Shown: positions 1 to 10,487, counted from the stretch's first letter. The stretch: 64,000 nucleotides of DNA from an uncultured Acidobacteriota bacterium (GCA_963827655.1 CAWHCF010000026.1:256001-320000), one strand, 5' to 3'. Notes: generated by a model from the letters alone, not told the origin. Made by a program: numbers and translations.

Positions 1-499
1 ACTGGGCTCGTAGTAAAAGAACGAGTTGTTCCCCGATACGATCCTTTGTATGGCCTCCTGGAGTGGGACCCGGTAGAGGCTCACCGATACCGGCGGATTT
101 ACCTGGACCGGAACCTCGAAGACCACGCCGGTCTGGGCAGCCAGTTCTTCCAGGACATTGTGAAGGAGGGCATCTCGAATATCAGCCGAGACGTGATTCT
201 CTTCCACGCGGATTTTCATCAGCGGCGTCACTGGAGCCTGGTAAAGGGCGAGCGCGCCGGCAGCCGCCGCTTCCATCGTGAGACCACAGACCAAAAATCC
301 CACCAAGGGAACCAGGCGATTTCTAAGGGTTCGCGCAGGAAATAAGTGCAGCTGCAGCCCCCCCCTGCAGGCCGCAGCCCCGAAGGGGCGCGATCCTCAG
401 CGTGCTTAGCGAACAGAAACCGGTTCATAATTGACCGCCGACTCTTGCGCCAGAATGTGAAGTTATTTTTGCGCGAGCCCTAAGACGAGCCGTTTTCAT
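1..499 (-). pseudogene. Secreted protein with STN/secretin-N-like domain (runs off the window), interrupted at codon 6 by a MITE
   Basis: Removing 327-480 plus one TAA gives MKTARLRNRLVPLVGFLVCGLTMEAAAAGALALYQAP...IRVEENHVSADIRDALLHNVLEELAAQTGVVFEV; ATG at 499 overlaps the STAS stop (ATGA). Confidence 0.65.
327..480. mobile_element. MITE copy 1 (non-autonomous, IS5-family-like ends)
   Basis: TIRs GGGTTCGCGCAGGAAATAA / TTATTTTTGCGCGAGCCC, TAA on both flanks (324-326, 481-483); related copy at 28659-28891. Confidence 0.8.
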
Positions 500-822
500 T
501 CCTTGCCTGTTTCAACCGCATCGACAATTTTCATGAACAGTTGAAAGCGATACATGTCGAAGAGCTCGCGAAGTTTCTGATTGGGATTTATCAGGACCAG
601 ATTTCCCTTTCGATCTCGCATCAGCTTGAAGAGTCTGAGGACTTCTCCTATTCCGGAACTGTCCATGAAGGGGACGTCTTTGAAGTCCAGCACCACTTCA
701 CGCACGCCTTCTTCGAGTAACGAGTCCAGTCGAGTCTGCAGGTCCGGGCAATGCTCAAAAGTAATCTTGTTCTTGATTCGGACGATGCGCCGATCGCCCC
801 GTGATTCAACTTGGATATCCAT
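496..822 (-). CDS. STAS-domain anti-sigma factor antagonist
   Basis: 108 aa with VVLDFKDVPFMDSSGIG motif (phosphorylatable Ser). Confidence 0.9.
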   Translation of the reverse strand: MDIQVESRGDRRIVRIKNKITFEHCPDLQTRLDSLLEEGVREVVLDFKDVPFMDSSGIGEVLRLFKLMRDRKGNLVLINPNQKLRELFDMYRFQLFMKIVDAVETGKE

Positions 823-880
823 AGGCTGTGGTGGAAAATACTGTCACATTTCCCGCGAGGGGGCAAGCACCTCAGTCGCC

Positions 881-1252
881 ATGATTTCAAGGTTCGTCGT
901 CCACCGCCACAAGACCGAGAGATCCCATTTTGACCTCCTTCTGGTGGAAGAGGGCGTCCCGCGCTGCTGGTCTCTTCTCAAGGCACCACCTTCCCGGACT
1001 GGAGAGCACCGGCTGGCGATCGAAAGTGAAAGCTCGCCGGGTGAACAGGAACGCGGGGCTTCGTTGAATAAAGATGCTTTTGGTGAAGGAAAAGTCTACA
1101 TATGGGATGAAGGAGACGTCGAAATAAAGGCCTCGACTCCACGCAAGCTGGTTCTGGTCTTCTCGGGCAAGAAACTTGCCGGCAGTTACGAAATGCTCCG
1201 CATGCTCTGGTACCCAGGGAATCGCTGGTTGCTGCGGAAATCGAGTCTTTGA
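881..1252 (+). CDS. Stand-alone LigD 3'-phosphoesterase-like domain, divergent
   Basis: RFVVHRH..HFD..GV..W...P....RLAI...FGEGKVYIWDEG...FSGKKLAG.Y...WLL matches the LigD_N/PE pattern. Confidence 0.75.
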   Translation: MISRFVVHRHKTERSHFDLLLVEEGVPRCWSLLKAPPSRTGEHRLAIESESSPGEQERGASLNKDAFGEGKVYIWDEGDVEIKASTPRKLVLVFSGKKLAGSYEMLRMLWYPGNRWLLRKSSL

Positions 1253-1574
1253 AATTCCCGGAGTCTTGGAATCACTTCGCCCTTTCGACCAGCCCACTGT
1301 CTGTTCCCCTCAGCACTTTTTACTTTTCACTCTCCACACGGAGGCCATTGTGAGAAGAAAATGGGATTTGGCTTGACAGCAAATCGGAATCTAATAGAAT
1401 TTTTCGCGCAATCTGTCGGGCGTCGCCGAATCGGCGTCCGCCTGTGGCTTCAATTCGCATTCAATTCCCCAGGGAGTCGAAATTGCGCACCGTTTCAGGA
1501 CGAGCTCACTTTTCGCTCTTGCTGAAGGCCACAGCGAACTTCTCAGCGGCCTTTTCGATATCATTTCAGGAGCG

Positions 1575-2603
1575 ATGCCGATGGCTCGTAACATCAACAA
1601 TTGTTGCGGTAATGGCACTCTCCGGCAGTCTTCTGGCTGCGGCTGGCGATTGCAGGTCCCTTGCAGGCGGCGCAGCAGGAGAAACCCTCTCCCACTTCCG
1701 ACTACCAGTACCGGAAGGACTACGCCGAGGTAGAAGAAGGGATCAAGAAAGAGGCGGACCCGCAGAAGCGGGCGGACATGTACCTGGCTTTCATCAAGGC
1801 GCATCCGCAGTCCCGGATGATCCCCCACGTTTCCTCATACTACAGCGAGATCGTCGCAGGCCACGCGAAGGCCGGCGCCTGGCCCAAGGTGGTCTCGATG
1901 AACGAGGCCTTTCTTGCGCTTGTGCCCGATGACAAGGCGGCGACAAGTTCCCTTCTCGCAGCGTACTTTCAGACGCAGAATTTCGCGAAGACTGTGGAGC
2001 TGGGCGAAAAAGTATATGCGGCCACGCCCGATAAAGGCGTGGCTTACATGCTAGCCACATCTTATCTTCAGCTGAAAAACACCGAGAAGTTCGCACCCTA
2101 TGCCGAAAAGACCATCGCGGAATTTCCCATCGACCAGACTTTCGGGCTGGCATTGCCGCTGGCGGGCGTTTATGCCGGAAAGAAAGACCTGGACAAGGCA
2201 GCCGAGTATGCGGGCAAGGTCATGGCTGCGTTTGGAGACAAGGTTCCGCCCGGCCTTCAGGAAAATGCGTGGAATCCAAGCCGAGCGTTTGGTTACGGTC
2301 TGATGGGAGCGAGCGCATACGCGAAGAAAGACTACCCGAAAGCGATCGAAAACTACGAAAGAGCTGCGAAAGCCTCTCCGCAAGCCGAAGAACCCTATTA
2401 CTACATCGGTCTTTCGAAATGGCAGAACAAAGACACGGAAGGAGCCATAGCGTCCCTGGCCAAGGTGGTTGTGCTGAAGAAGGCTCTGGCGCCCAAGGCT
2501 CAGGAATAGTCTCGAAAAACTGTACAAGCCGCTCCACAACGATTCGCTGGACGGCTTGGACCAGGTGCTTGCCAAGGCAAAATCCGAGCTCGGCATCAGT
2601 TAG
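1575..2603 (+). CDS. Secreted TPR-repeat protein (three apparent +1 indels, near 1578, 1645 and 2508)
   Basis: RBS AGGAG; corrected N-terminus MRWLVTSTIVAVMALSG signal peptide; TPR motifs; C-terminus YLEKLYKPLHNDSLDGLDQVLAKAKSELGIS in a shifted frame. Confidence 0.75.
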
Positions 2604-2822
2604 CTCCGAATAAACCGCAAAGGGACTTGCCGGACTCAGGAACTCCCCTCCGAGCCTGAGGAAAATCAGTTGGGTCAGAATCAAACTCTTGTGTTGCGCT
2701 CCCGGAAATGTGCTAGACTTTGACACTATCAGGTGTCGATTTGAATCATCTCCTCTTACATAATCCAACAACGCTATAGTGCCGATCCGGGCACTATAGC
2801 CAAGGACTCCAGGCTAACTAGC

Positions 2823-4130
2823 GTGCCAGACGAAAAGAAAATCTCGATCCAGGAAGCCCTGGATAAAGAAGGCGAACAGCTGCATATCAGCGAGCTGCAA
2901 GCCTTGAATATCAAGGATCTTGCCAAGCTTGGCAAGAAATACAAGCTCACCGATGTCGGAAAGATGAGCAAGCAGGACCTCATCTTTGCCATCCTCCAGG
3001 CACAGGCGGAAAAACACGGGCTCATCTTCTCCGAAGGTGTTCTTGAAGTGCTTCCGGAAGGGTATGGCTTTCTGCGCTCTCCGGACTATAGCTATCTTCC
3101 CGGGCCGGACGACATATACATCTCTCCGTCGCAGATCAGGAAATTCGATCTGCGCACCGGCGACATTGTTTCAGGTCAGATTCGCATGCCGAACGAGGGA
3201 GAGAGGTATCTCGCCCTGGTGAAGGTCGATGCCGTCAACTTCGAGCCTCCCGAGGAAGCGCGTCACCGTATTTTCTATGACAATCTGACGCCGCTGTACC
3301 CGTACGAAAGGATCAGGCTGGAGACCATCAAAGACAATCTTTCCGCGCGGGTCATGGATATCTTCACACCGATCGGAAAAGGTCAGCGCGGGCTGATAGT
3401 GGCGCCCCCGAGAACCGGCAAGACCATGCTCCTGCAGACGCTGGCGAACTCGATCAGCGCGAATCATCCCGAGATCTATCTCATCGTGCTTCTGATCGAC
3501 GAGCGCCCGGAAGAAGTGACCGATATGGAAAGATCGGTCAAGGGAGAGGTCATCAGCTCCACCTTTGACGAACCGGCGACGCGCCACGTTCAGGTGGCCG
3601 AGATCGTCATGGAGAAGGCCAAGCGTCTGGTCGAGCACAAGAAGGACGTCGTCATACTGCTGGATAGCATCACCCGCCTGGCGCGGGCGTACAACACCAT
3701 CGTTCCTTCCAGCGGGAAGGTCCTCTCGGGAGGCGTGGACGCGAACGCCCTGGAAAAACCCAAACGCTTCTTTGGCGCCGCGCGAAAGATCGAGGAGGGG
3801 GGGAGCCTTACCATCATGGCTACGGCGTTGATTGACACCGGAAGCCGAATGGACGACGTAATCTTCGAGGAGTTCAAGGGCACCGGAAACATGGAAATCA
3901 TCCTGGACCGGAAGCTGGTCGACAAGCGCATATTCCCCGCCATCGATATCAATCGCTCCGGGACGCGCAAGGAAGAACTCCTGGTCGAACCCGGCGATCT
4001 GAACAAGATCTGGATCCTGCGCAAAGTCCTGAATCCGCTTTCCATCGATGAAGCCATGGACCTGCTTCTCGATAAACTCCGGAAATCGGATAGCAACGGC
4101 GAGTTTCTCACCGCGCTGAACAAAGGGTAG
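2823..4130 (+). CDS. rho: Transcription termination factor Rho
   Basis: [24 protein letters not shown]-loop, [24 protein letters not shown]. Confidence 0.98.
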   Translation: MPDEKKISIQEALDKEGEQLHISELQALNIKDLAKLGKKYKLTDVGKMSKQDLIFAILQAQAEKHGLIFSEGVLEVLPEGYGFLRSPDYSYLPGPDDIYISPSQIRKFDLRTGDIVSGQIRMPNEGERYLALVKVDAVNFEPPEEARHRIFYDNLTPLYPYERIRLETIKDNLSARVMDIFTPIGKGQRGLIVAPPRTGKTMLLQTLANSISANHPEIYLIVLLIDERPEEVTDMERSVKGEVISSTFDEPATRHVQVAEIVMEKAKRLVEHKKDVVILLDSITRLARAYNTIVPSSGKVLSGGVDANALEKPKRFFGAARKIEEGGSLTIMATALIDTGSRMDDVIFEEFKGTGNMEIILDRKLVDKRIFPAIDINRSGTRKEELLVEPGDLNKIWILRKVLNPLSIDEAMDLLLDKLRKSDSNGEFLTALNKG

Positions 4131-4289
4131 TTCCCGGCGGTCGTGCCAGGGGAAGAACCCGGAGCGTTCGTCCTTCCTGATCTCGAAACCGCTAATCCTA
4201 TGGCGATCTCTTCTTACTCCTGCTTCTGATCATATGCTTTCGGAGATCAGGGCAAAGCTTGGCTGGTTCGTACAAACCCTGGAGGACCC

Positions 4290-4745
4290 ATGTTGAAAGA
4301 AGGAAACAAAGCACCATCTTTTTCGGTTCTGGACGATCAGGGCAAGACCGTGAACCTGTCGGACTTCGCCGGCAAGAAAGAGGTTGTTCTCTTTTTCTTT
4401 CCCAAGGCGGACACGCCCGGCTGAACCAGGGAGGCTTGCGGGTTCCGCGATGCGAAGCAGGAGATCGAGAAAAGGGGCGCGGCGGTCGTGGGGATCAGCG
4501 CCGACAGTATGGCGGCTCAGAAAAAATTTCGCGACAAGTTCAGTCTCAACATGCCTCTACTCTGCGACACGGAGAAGAAGATAATCGCGGCTTACGGGGT
4601 TTACAAAGAGAAGAACATGTACGGGAAAAAAGTGATGGGGATCGAGCGCACCACCTTCATCATCGGCAAGGACGGAACTATCAGAAAGATTTTCCCGAAA
4701 GTAAAAGTGGACGGACACACGGAAGAGGTCCTGGCGGCTCTTTAA
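4290..4745 (+). CDS. bcp: BCP/PrxQ peroxiredoxin with in-frame TGA at the peroxidatic Cys (putative selenoprotein)
   Basis: RBS GGAGGA; [11 protein letters not shown]...[12 protein letters not shown](4422)-TREACGFRD...[11 protein letters not shown] in one continuous frame, 151 aa. Confidence 0.9.
4434..4458 (+). promoter_or_regulatory. Candidate bacterial SECIS hairpin for bcp
   Basis: GCTT-GCGG[GTT]CCGC-GATGCG-AAGC; loop starts with GT 17 nt after the TGA. Confidence 0.55.
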
Positions 4746-4809
4746 GTCTTAGCGTGTCTTCGCGTCTTTGCGCCTTGGTGGTCAGGTGCTTGAGGAGCCC
4801 GGACAAACC

Positions 4810-5838
4810 ATGAAGATCGTCGACGTTTTCAACCATATTTTCCCCAAGCGCTGCTTTGCGAAGTTTCAGTCAGTCGCGCCGCGCCTGGAAGATATGGGCA
4901 AACGCATCCGGAACATTCCGATGCTGACCGATCTCGACGTGCGTTTTCGAACCATGGACGAGTTCGGGGATTACCGTCAGATTCTCTCGCTGGCCTCGCC
5001 GCCGATCGAAACCTACGCCGGTCCCGACGTGTCCCCGGAGCTGGCGCGCATGGCGAACGACGAGATGGCGGAGCTGGTGTCACGGTACCCGGACCGGTTT
5101 CCGGGGTTCCTCGCTTCGCTGCCGATGAACAACCCGGAGGTCGCCGTCGCCGAGATGCACCGGGCCATCACCGGACTCAAGGCCCGGGGCGTGCAAATCT
5201 ACAGTAACGCCGCCGGCAAGCCGCTCGACGGCGCGGAGTATGCGCCGCTGTTCGAAGGTATGGCCGCAGCCGACTTGCCGGTCTGCCTGCACCCGGCCCG
5301 CGGCGCCGGCCCGGCCGATTATTCCGGCGAGGAGAAGTCCAGGTATGAAATCTGGTGGACCTTTGGCTGGCCCTACGAGACCAGCGTCGCCATGGCCCGC
5401 CTCGTGTTTTCGGGGTTGTTCGACCGCCTGCCGGACATCAAGATCATCACCCACCACATGGGAGCCATGATTCCTTACTTCGAAGGGCGAGTCGGCTACG
5501 GCTGGGACCAGATCGGCACGCGTTCCTCCCAGGAAGATTACGCGGCGTTGCGCAAGTCCATGAAGATGCGCCCCGTGGACTACTTTCACAAGTTCTACGC
5601 TGATACGGCTTTGTTCGGCTCTCTTGCCGCCACGCGCTGCGGGCTGGAGTTCTTCGGGGCCGACCAGGTTCTCTTCGCATCGGACTCGCCGTTCGAGCCC
5701 CAGCCCGGCCTGTATATCCGGGAAACGATCCGTGTGGTTCAAGCTCTGGAGATCTCTTCTCTGGAGCGAGAAAAGATCTGCTATCGCAACGCCGCGCGTC
5801 TCCTCAAATTGCCCGAAGGCGAATCGCTCGCAGCCTGA
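4810..5838 (+). CDS. Amidohydrolase_2 family protein (ACMSD/decarboxylase-like)
   Basis: IVDVFNHIFP, LHP, IITHHMG, VLFASDSPF motifs. Confidence 0.85.
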   Translation: MKIVDVFNHIFPKRCFAKFQSVAPRLEDMGKRIRNIPMLTDLDVRFRTMDEFGDYRQILSLASPPIETYAGPDVSPELARMANDEMAELVSRYPDRFPGFLASLPMNNPEVAVAEMHRAITGLKARGVQIYSNAAGKPLDGAEYAPLFEGMAAADLPVCLHPARGAGPADYSGEEKSRYEIWWTFGWPYETSVAMARLVFSGLFDRLPDIKIITHHMGAMIPYFEGRVGYGWDQIGTRSSQEDYAALRKSMKMRPVDYFHKFYADTALFGSLAATRCGLEFFGADQVLFASDSPFEPQPGLYIRETIRVVQALEISSLEREKICYRNAARLLKLPEGESLAA

Positions 5839-5850
5839 GCGGCTGTGGCG

Positions 5851-6823
5851 TCATCTTGCGTTTCCTGCTGTCTTTGCGCCTGGGCGCTTAGCGCGCCTGG
5901 CCGCGTCGAATTGCTTCCGGATGAAGTCGACCGGGGAGACGCGAGGCTGGTCCTGCCCCTGGAACTGCACGACGCATTCGATGCCGAGCGCGTCCATCCG
6001 CTCCTTGAGCGCGAGCCCGAACTTCGGGTGGTGGACAATCAGGTTGAGTGACGTGTTCGGGCCGACCTCCTCGTTGGGAAGGCTGTAGCTCAGCAGGGCC
6101 GGCGGATCGTCTCTGGAGAGGTAGGTAATGGGCGCGAACTCCTCGTAGCGCTTGTAGGCGCGCGGCGTGTCGATCTCCTCGGCCTTGATGTCATAGAAGG
6201 GGAGAAAGAACTCGTGCCGCTCGAAATTGGGCCGGGGAATACCGATCTTCTCGGCAAAGCGCGGATCGTAAGACGACTGTCCGTTATCCACGGCGACGCA
6301 GGTCATCCGCGTCGACTGCCGGGCGACCGGGTCGGAGCTCTTGGGTTGCGCCAGGTCGTCGTGGAAGGCGAGCCACATCGACGTACCGGCGCCCGCCGAG
6401 CCGCCGGTCGAGGCCACGAGGCTGGGATCGAGGTTCCACTCTTTCGCGTGGTGCCTGAGAAACTGGAGCGCGCGCCCGCAATCCAGGTAGGCCGCCGGTG
6501 CGGGGGCGGTGGTGGTGAGGCGGTAGTTGATCGCGGCCACGGAAAAGCCGGCGTCGAGGTACGCTTTCAGACTGTTCGGGTTCAGGCCCTTCTTGTCTCC
6601 CTGCCGGAAGCCGCCGCCATGGATGAACAGCACCAGCGGCGCGGGCTCCGCGGAGCGCGCTTTCCAGAGATCGAGCACGTTGCGCTCATGCGGTCCGTAC
6701 GATGCGTTCTGCACGTCCGGCGGAGGCAGGGCGGGGGGTGTCGTCTGGGCCGGCTGAGCCTTGCTCGGGGCCAGGGACGTCCATCCGGCGAAGAGAATAA
6801 CCAGCACAATTCGTTTGAAACAT
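5851..6823 (-). CDS. Secreted alpha/beta hydrolase (HSL/BD-FAE-like esterase); indel near start
   Basis: IHGGGF and GGSAG motifs; signal peptide MFKRIVLVILFAG after one-base correction. Confidence 0.85.
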
Positions 6824-6975
6824 TTCCATCATATCCGTCATTGGATTCCCCCTTCTGGGCGAAGCGGCAGTTGGCAGCAAAGAGCGGGCTGCGAGCCGTG
6901 GACAGAATCTAGCAGAAATCCAGGAGCCCGGGCAAGGTAACAGGGAGTTTTGGGAGGTTTAGCTGCCGGGCGAGT

Positions 6976-7060
6976 CTTGGTGTTTCTTCGCGTCTCTGTG
7001 TCCTCGGGTATTTGTTTCGCAGCGCTAACCACAAAGACGCGAAGACACGAAGAAACACTA
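6976..7060. repeat. Inverted pair of 8-bp-period arrays (CTTCGYGT / ACRCGAAG)
   Basis: tttcttcgcgtctctgtgtcctcgggt ... accacaaagacgcgaagacacgaagaaa; same family at 4748, 24718, 26236, 29846, 37756, 40620, 42866-42937, 45244, 46714, 50301. Confidence 0.75.
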
Positions 7061-7076
7061 AGTTGGTGTCCGAGGA

Positions 7077-7799
7077 CTAAGGTAACGTGAAGGAGCTTTC
7101 GGTGATCGTCTGGTTTCCGCCCGCCTCTATTGCCAGCACCTCGAACAGGTGCCGCCCGGACTCGAGGGACGCTACGAATTCCGGCGATACCGTCACGCTC
7201 GTGATCGAAGCCGGGACGGTGACCTGGAAGTCCCCGAGGAGGACCTGGTAGCCGACGATTTCAATCGGTCTATTTGGAAAGCCTGCCGCCGAAGTTTTAA
7301 CGGGGTCCCAGCTGATGGCCAGTGTTTTCCCAGGGCCGACGCGTGCCGAGATATTGGACGGCCCGGCAGGAACAGCGTGCGTGAGCATCGATGCGCCGAA
7401 CAGGATCTTTCCATCGACGGTCCTGCCAAAAAAGTTGTATTGGCCCTCCGGGAACAGGCCCAGAAGCTCGTCGACCGGGACTTCGTCGAGTGATGGCTCC
7501 GCGCCCTCGAAGAAGAGCTCAGTCATTCCGAGTCTGCCAAAGCCGCCATTGCCCTCGACCTCGAAAATGGTGCGTCCCTTCGGGTTTACGATCTCGATCT
7601 CTTTCCAGTCTTCTGCGTCGAGGCGGACATGAAAGCCCGCATCGTTAGCCGTTCCGTTATACTCGATGAAGATCCTCGAAATGGGGAAGGGTATCCCCTT
7701 TTTCTGCGCCCAGCCTGTCGGAGTGGCGGCATTTAAGATCAGAGCCACCATGGGTGCCAGAAAAAGTGACAATACAGGTATGTGTCTGCGTCTCTTCAT
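7077..7799 (-). CDS. Secreted hypothetical protein with C-terminal FN3-like beta domain
   Basis: Signal peptide, RBS GGAGG, ISWDPV...GYQV...FEVLAIEAGGN. Confidence 0.7.
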   Translation of the reverse strand: MKRRRHIPVLSLFLAPMVALILNAATPTGWAQKKGIPFPISRIFIEYNGTANDAGFHVRLDAEDWKEIEIVNPKGRTIFEVEGNGGFGRLGMTELFFEGAEPSLDEVPVDELLGLFPEGQYNFFGRTVDGKILFGASMLTHAVPAGPSNISARVGPGKTLAISWDPVKTSAAGFPNRPIEIVGYQVLLGDFQVTVPASITSVTVSPEFVASLESGRHLFEVLAIEAGGNQTITESSFTLP

Positions 7800-8390
7800 T
7801 TGGTTCCTCCTATTGGTTTATCAGAGTCAGGAAACCGCCTGACATTCGGACCAGCGGCCGGGTAATCGTGGGCGCACGGCGTTCCCGACGATCGGCAAAA
7901 GGAAGCACGCTCCTGATCCAGGAACGTGAGCGATTCATTGTTGTTCCTCAAACGGCCCCCGCTCCGCGTGGCTAAGGCTAGTTGGCACACGTTAGACAGG
8001 CGTAGGCCGGAGAATCCTTCGCTGACGCAAGCCGAATTCGCCGCCGTCATTGGGGCGCGTAGAATTCGATCGTACGGCAGGAGCGGGGCGGGATGGGAAT
8101 CCCCGAGCCGTTGACCCGGCTGGTCCCAATGACGGCGGAGCAAGGGGCAGCGAGACCTAAAACCAAATCAAAACCAGGTTTGAAGAATGTCGAAGCGGTC
8201 TTGCGAAGAGCCGGGGCGGCCATGAAGGATGTCGGCCACAGGCGCACGTGCGGATGGGCGAGGGCGTCGCTTGCGGGAGATCTTTGCCTCGGGCGAGCTG
8301 TTCGTCGTCTACAACGAGGACCGCGATCGCTCGCAGCGAGATTTCGGTATCTTCAGAATCAGGCGCTGATCAACAAGATCAATCGTCGGT

Positions 8391-8771
8391 TCAGGTTTTG
8401 ATGCTCAGCTCCACCGGCTTCCCGTGCGGCGTGTGTCTGTACGCGTCTTCCCACGCTTGCTTGCGTTCGAGGAGCGCCGTCTGGTCGGCCAGTCCGCGCG
8501 AAGTAACCAGGCCTTCGAGCGCCGCGAGCCAATGATGATAGTAGCGCGAGCCGTCGTCGGGTTCGCCGCGGTCGGACGCAGCCTTGAGCTCGGCGGCAAG
8601 CGCAGCAGCCCATTCCTTCCAGGTGAAGTGTCCCTGTTCGGAAAGTTTCACCGCTAGCGCGAACGCCTGCGCCTCCCACGGCTCGGCAAACACGGGTCCG
8701 CCTTCGTCGCGCGGAAGCCGCGGCAACGCCTGAAGGCGTTCGTCGTCGACTGATGACTTAGTCTCGTTCAA
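8391..8771 (-). CDS. Nitrile hydratase accessory/activator protein (P14K-like)
   Basis: PVFAEPWEAQAFALAV..FTW.EW...YY.HWL.ALE.L...TPHG motif; TTG start with GGAG; follows the beta subunit. Confidence 0.88.
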   Translation of the reverse strand: MNETKSSVDDERLQALPRLPRDEGGPVFAEPWEAQAFALAVKLSEQGHFTWKEWAAALAAELKAASDRGEPDDGSRYYHHWLAALEGLVTSRGLADQTALLERKQAWEDAYRHTPHGKPVELSIKT

Positions 8772-9405
8772 GATAGTGCTCCCACATGTCGACATAAACG
8801 TTGTCGCGCGGCGACGCTTGATCGCCCCAGAGCTCACGCGCGGGGAAGCGGACCGTGTAAACGTGCTGCGGCCCGCCAATCGGAACACTTTCGGTGTCCG
8901 TGTCCTGCAGATTCCAGACGCCGTGATCGCGAAGGATCGTCCCTCGCTTCCCGCGAGCGTATCGCGGCAGCCGAGTGTGACCGACCGGGTGCATATTGCG
9001 GACACGAACACGTTGGCCGGCCTTGTAGCGCGCGGGGATACGAACGTTCTGCCGCGCCGCGCTCCGCTGCGCACCGCCGGGCTGCTCCAGAATTCTGGGC
9101 GCCGGCGCTGACGGATCGGCTTTCCCGCTTTCGAGCTCTTTACGGGAGACGAGGCCTGTTCTGACGAGGCGATCGACGAGCACGTAAAACCAGCGCTCGT
9201 AATAACTCATGCGGAGGTACTCGGCAGCGGGTATCCGTTCGAGCTCGTACCGAAAGCCCCGCCACCGGCCTCTGCCCCATCGTCCTGTCGCGCTTATCAA
9301 CGCGTAGACGCGACCTTCCCAGGTCGCGTGGAACACCGGCTCGTTGGCTTCGTATACAATCGGTCCCATGCCGTGCATGCCGCCCATGTCGTGAACGCTG
9401 TTCAT
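8758..9405 (-). CDS. nthB: Nitrile hydratase beta subunit
   Basis: [48 protein letters not shown]. Confidence 0.95.
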   Translation of the reverse strand: MNSVHDMGGMHGMGPIVYEANEPVFHATWEGRVYALISATGRWGRGRWRGFRYELERIPAAEYLRMSYYERWFYVLVDRLVRTGLVSRKELESGKADPSAPAPRILEQPGGAQRSAARQNVRIPARYKAGQRVRVRNMHPVGHTRLPRYARGKRGTILRDHGVWNLQDTDTESVPIGGPQHVYTVRFPARELWGDQASPRDNVYVDMWEHYLERD

Positions 9406-10128
9406 GCGGCGCCTCCCGCCCGCCCGCAGAGACTTTCGCAACGCCAACCATCGCGTCCCGTGTGACCAGCTCAGCGAGCTGCTCCTCACTCAGTTTTTCC
9501 GTCCCGCCGGTCGTTCCGGGAGCACGAGATAGCGGACTTCGGCCGTGCTGTCCCAGACCCTGACCTCGACGTCATCGGAAAGCTCGAGACCGAACTCACG
9601 CAGGACACCACGAGGGTCGATCACCGCCCGCGATCGGTAGGGCGCAGACTTGTACCAGACCGGCGGCAAGCCCAGAGTTGGCCACGGGTAGCACGAACAA
9701 AGCGTGCAAACGATCAAGTTGTGCACCTTGGGTTGGTTCTCGACGACGACCATGTATTCGCCCTGCCCGCCGCTGTAACCGAGCTCGGCGATCGCAGCGG
9801 TCGAGTCGGTGAGCAGGCGCTTCTTGTACGCCGGATCGACCCACGCCCGCGCGACGACCTTCGCGCCGTTGCGCGGTCCCACCTTCTGCTCGTACGTCTC
9901 GACGACAGCATCGAGCTCGGAGGTGGTGACCATTCCTTTTTCCACGAGAACCGACTCGAGAGCTTTGACGCGCAGGGCAACGTCCGACGGAATCGCCTGA
10001 TGTTCGTGTTGATGATCGTGATCGTGCCCGGCGGCCATGCGTGAGTCAGCTATGAAGGCGGCTGCACCGGCGGCAGCGTCTTTGAGAAACTCACGGCGGC
10101 CGGCTGGGCTTTTGGGTTCCTTGGTCAT
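9402..10128 (-). CDS. nthA: Co-type nitrile hydratase alpha subunit (indels near the 3' end)
   Basis: VCTLCSCYP metal motif, [26 protein letters not shown]; C-terminus LVTRDAMVG lies in a shifted frame. Confidence 0.95.
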
Positions 10129-10291
10129 GCGCAACTCCCTTTTCGAGAGCAGATAGTTCGTCTCCGACACGCCTCAGACGCGTGTCTGACACCAGCCGGG
10201 CGTCGAGGGGTACACGCGCCACCGTGCCGCTCCTCGTGCTCTGAGTTCCGGAATGGCCCAGCGTCCGAGAAGCCTTATGCTAACTTTGACT

Positions 10292-10379
10292 GATGTTCCT
10301 CGGTCCTGGATGAGTCCCCGACTCTGCGGATTATACGCCAGGTGCATTGCCGGCGTGAAGAACCTGGCCGTGAATCGTG
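10292..10379 (-). repeat. ~90-bp direct repeat copy 1 containing a sigma70-like promoter
   Basis: Near-identical to 18145-18234; minus strand reads TTCACG-18 bp-TATAAT. Confidence 0.75.
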
Positions 10380-10487
10380 CGGCATTGCGGGCGCTGGTGC
10401 TCGATCCATACCGACACCGCGTCAGCATCAGGGTGAGCGACCGTGCGATGTCATCCGCGGCCGTAGAGCGCGCCTGCGGAAACGGCA

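Noticed and set aside
2507-2509. TAG in the TPR gene as possible pyrrolysine/readthrough
   Set aside because: The plausible continuation (YLEKLYKP) is in another frame; one inserted base explains it
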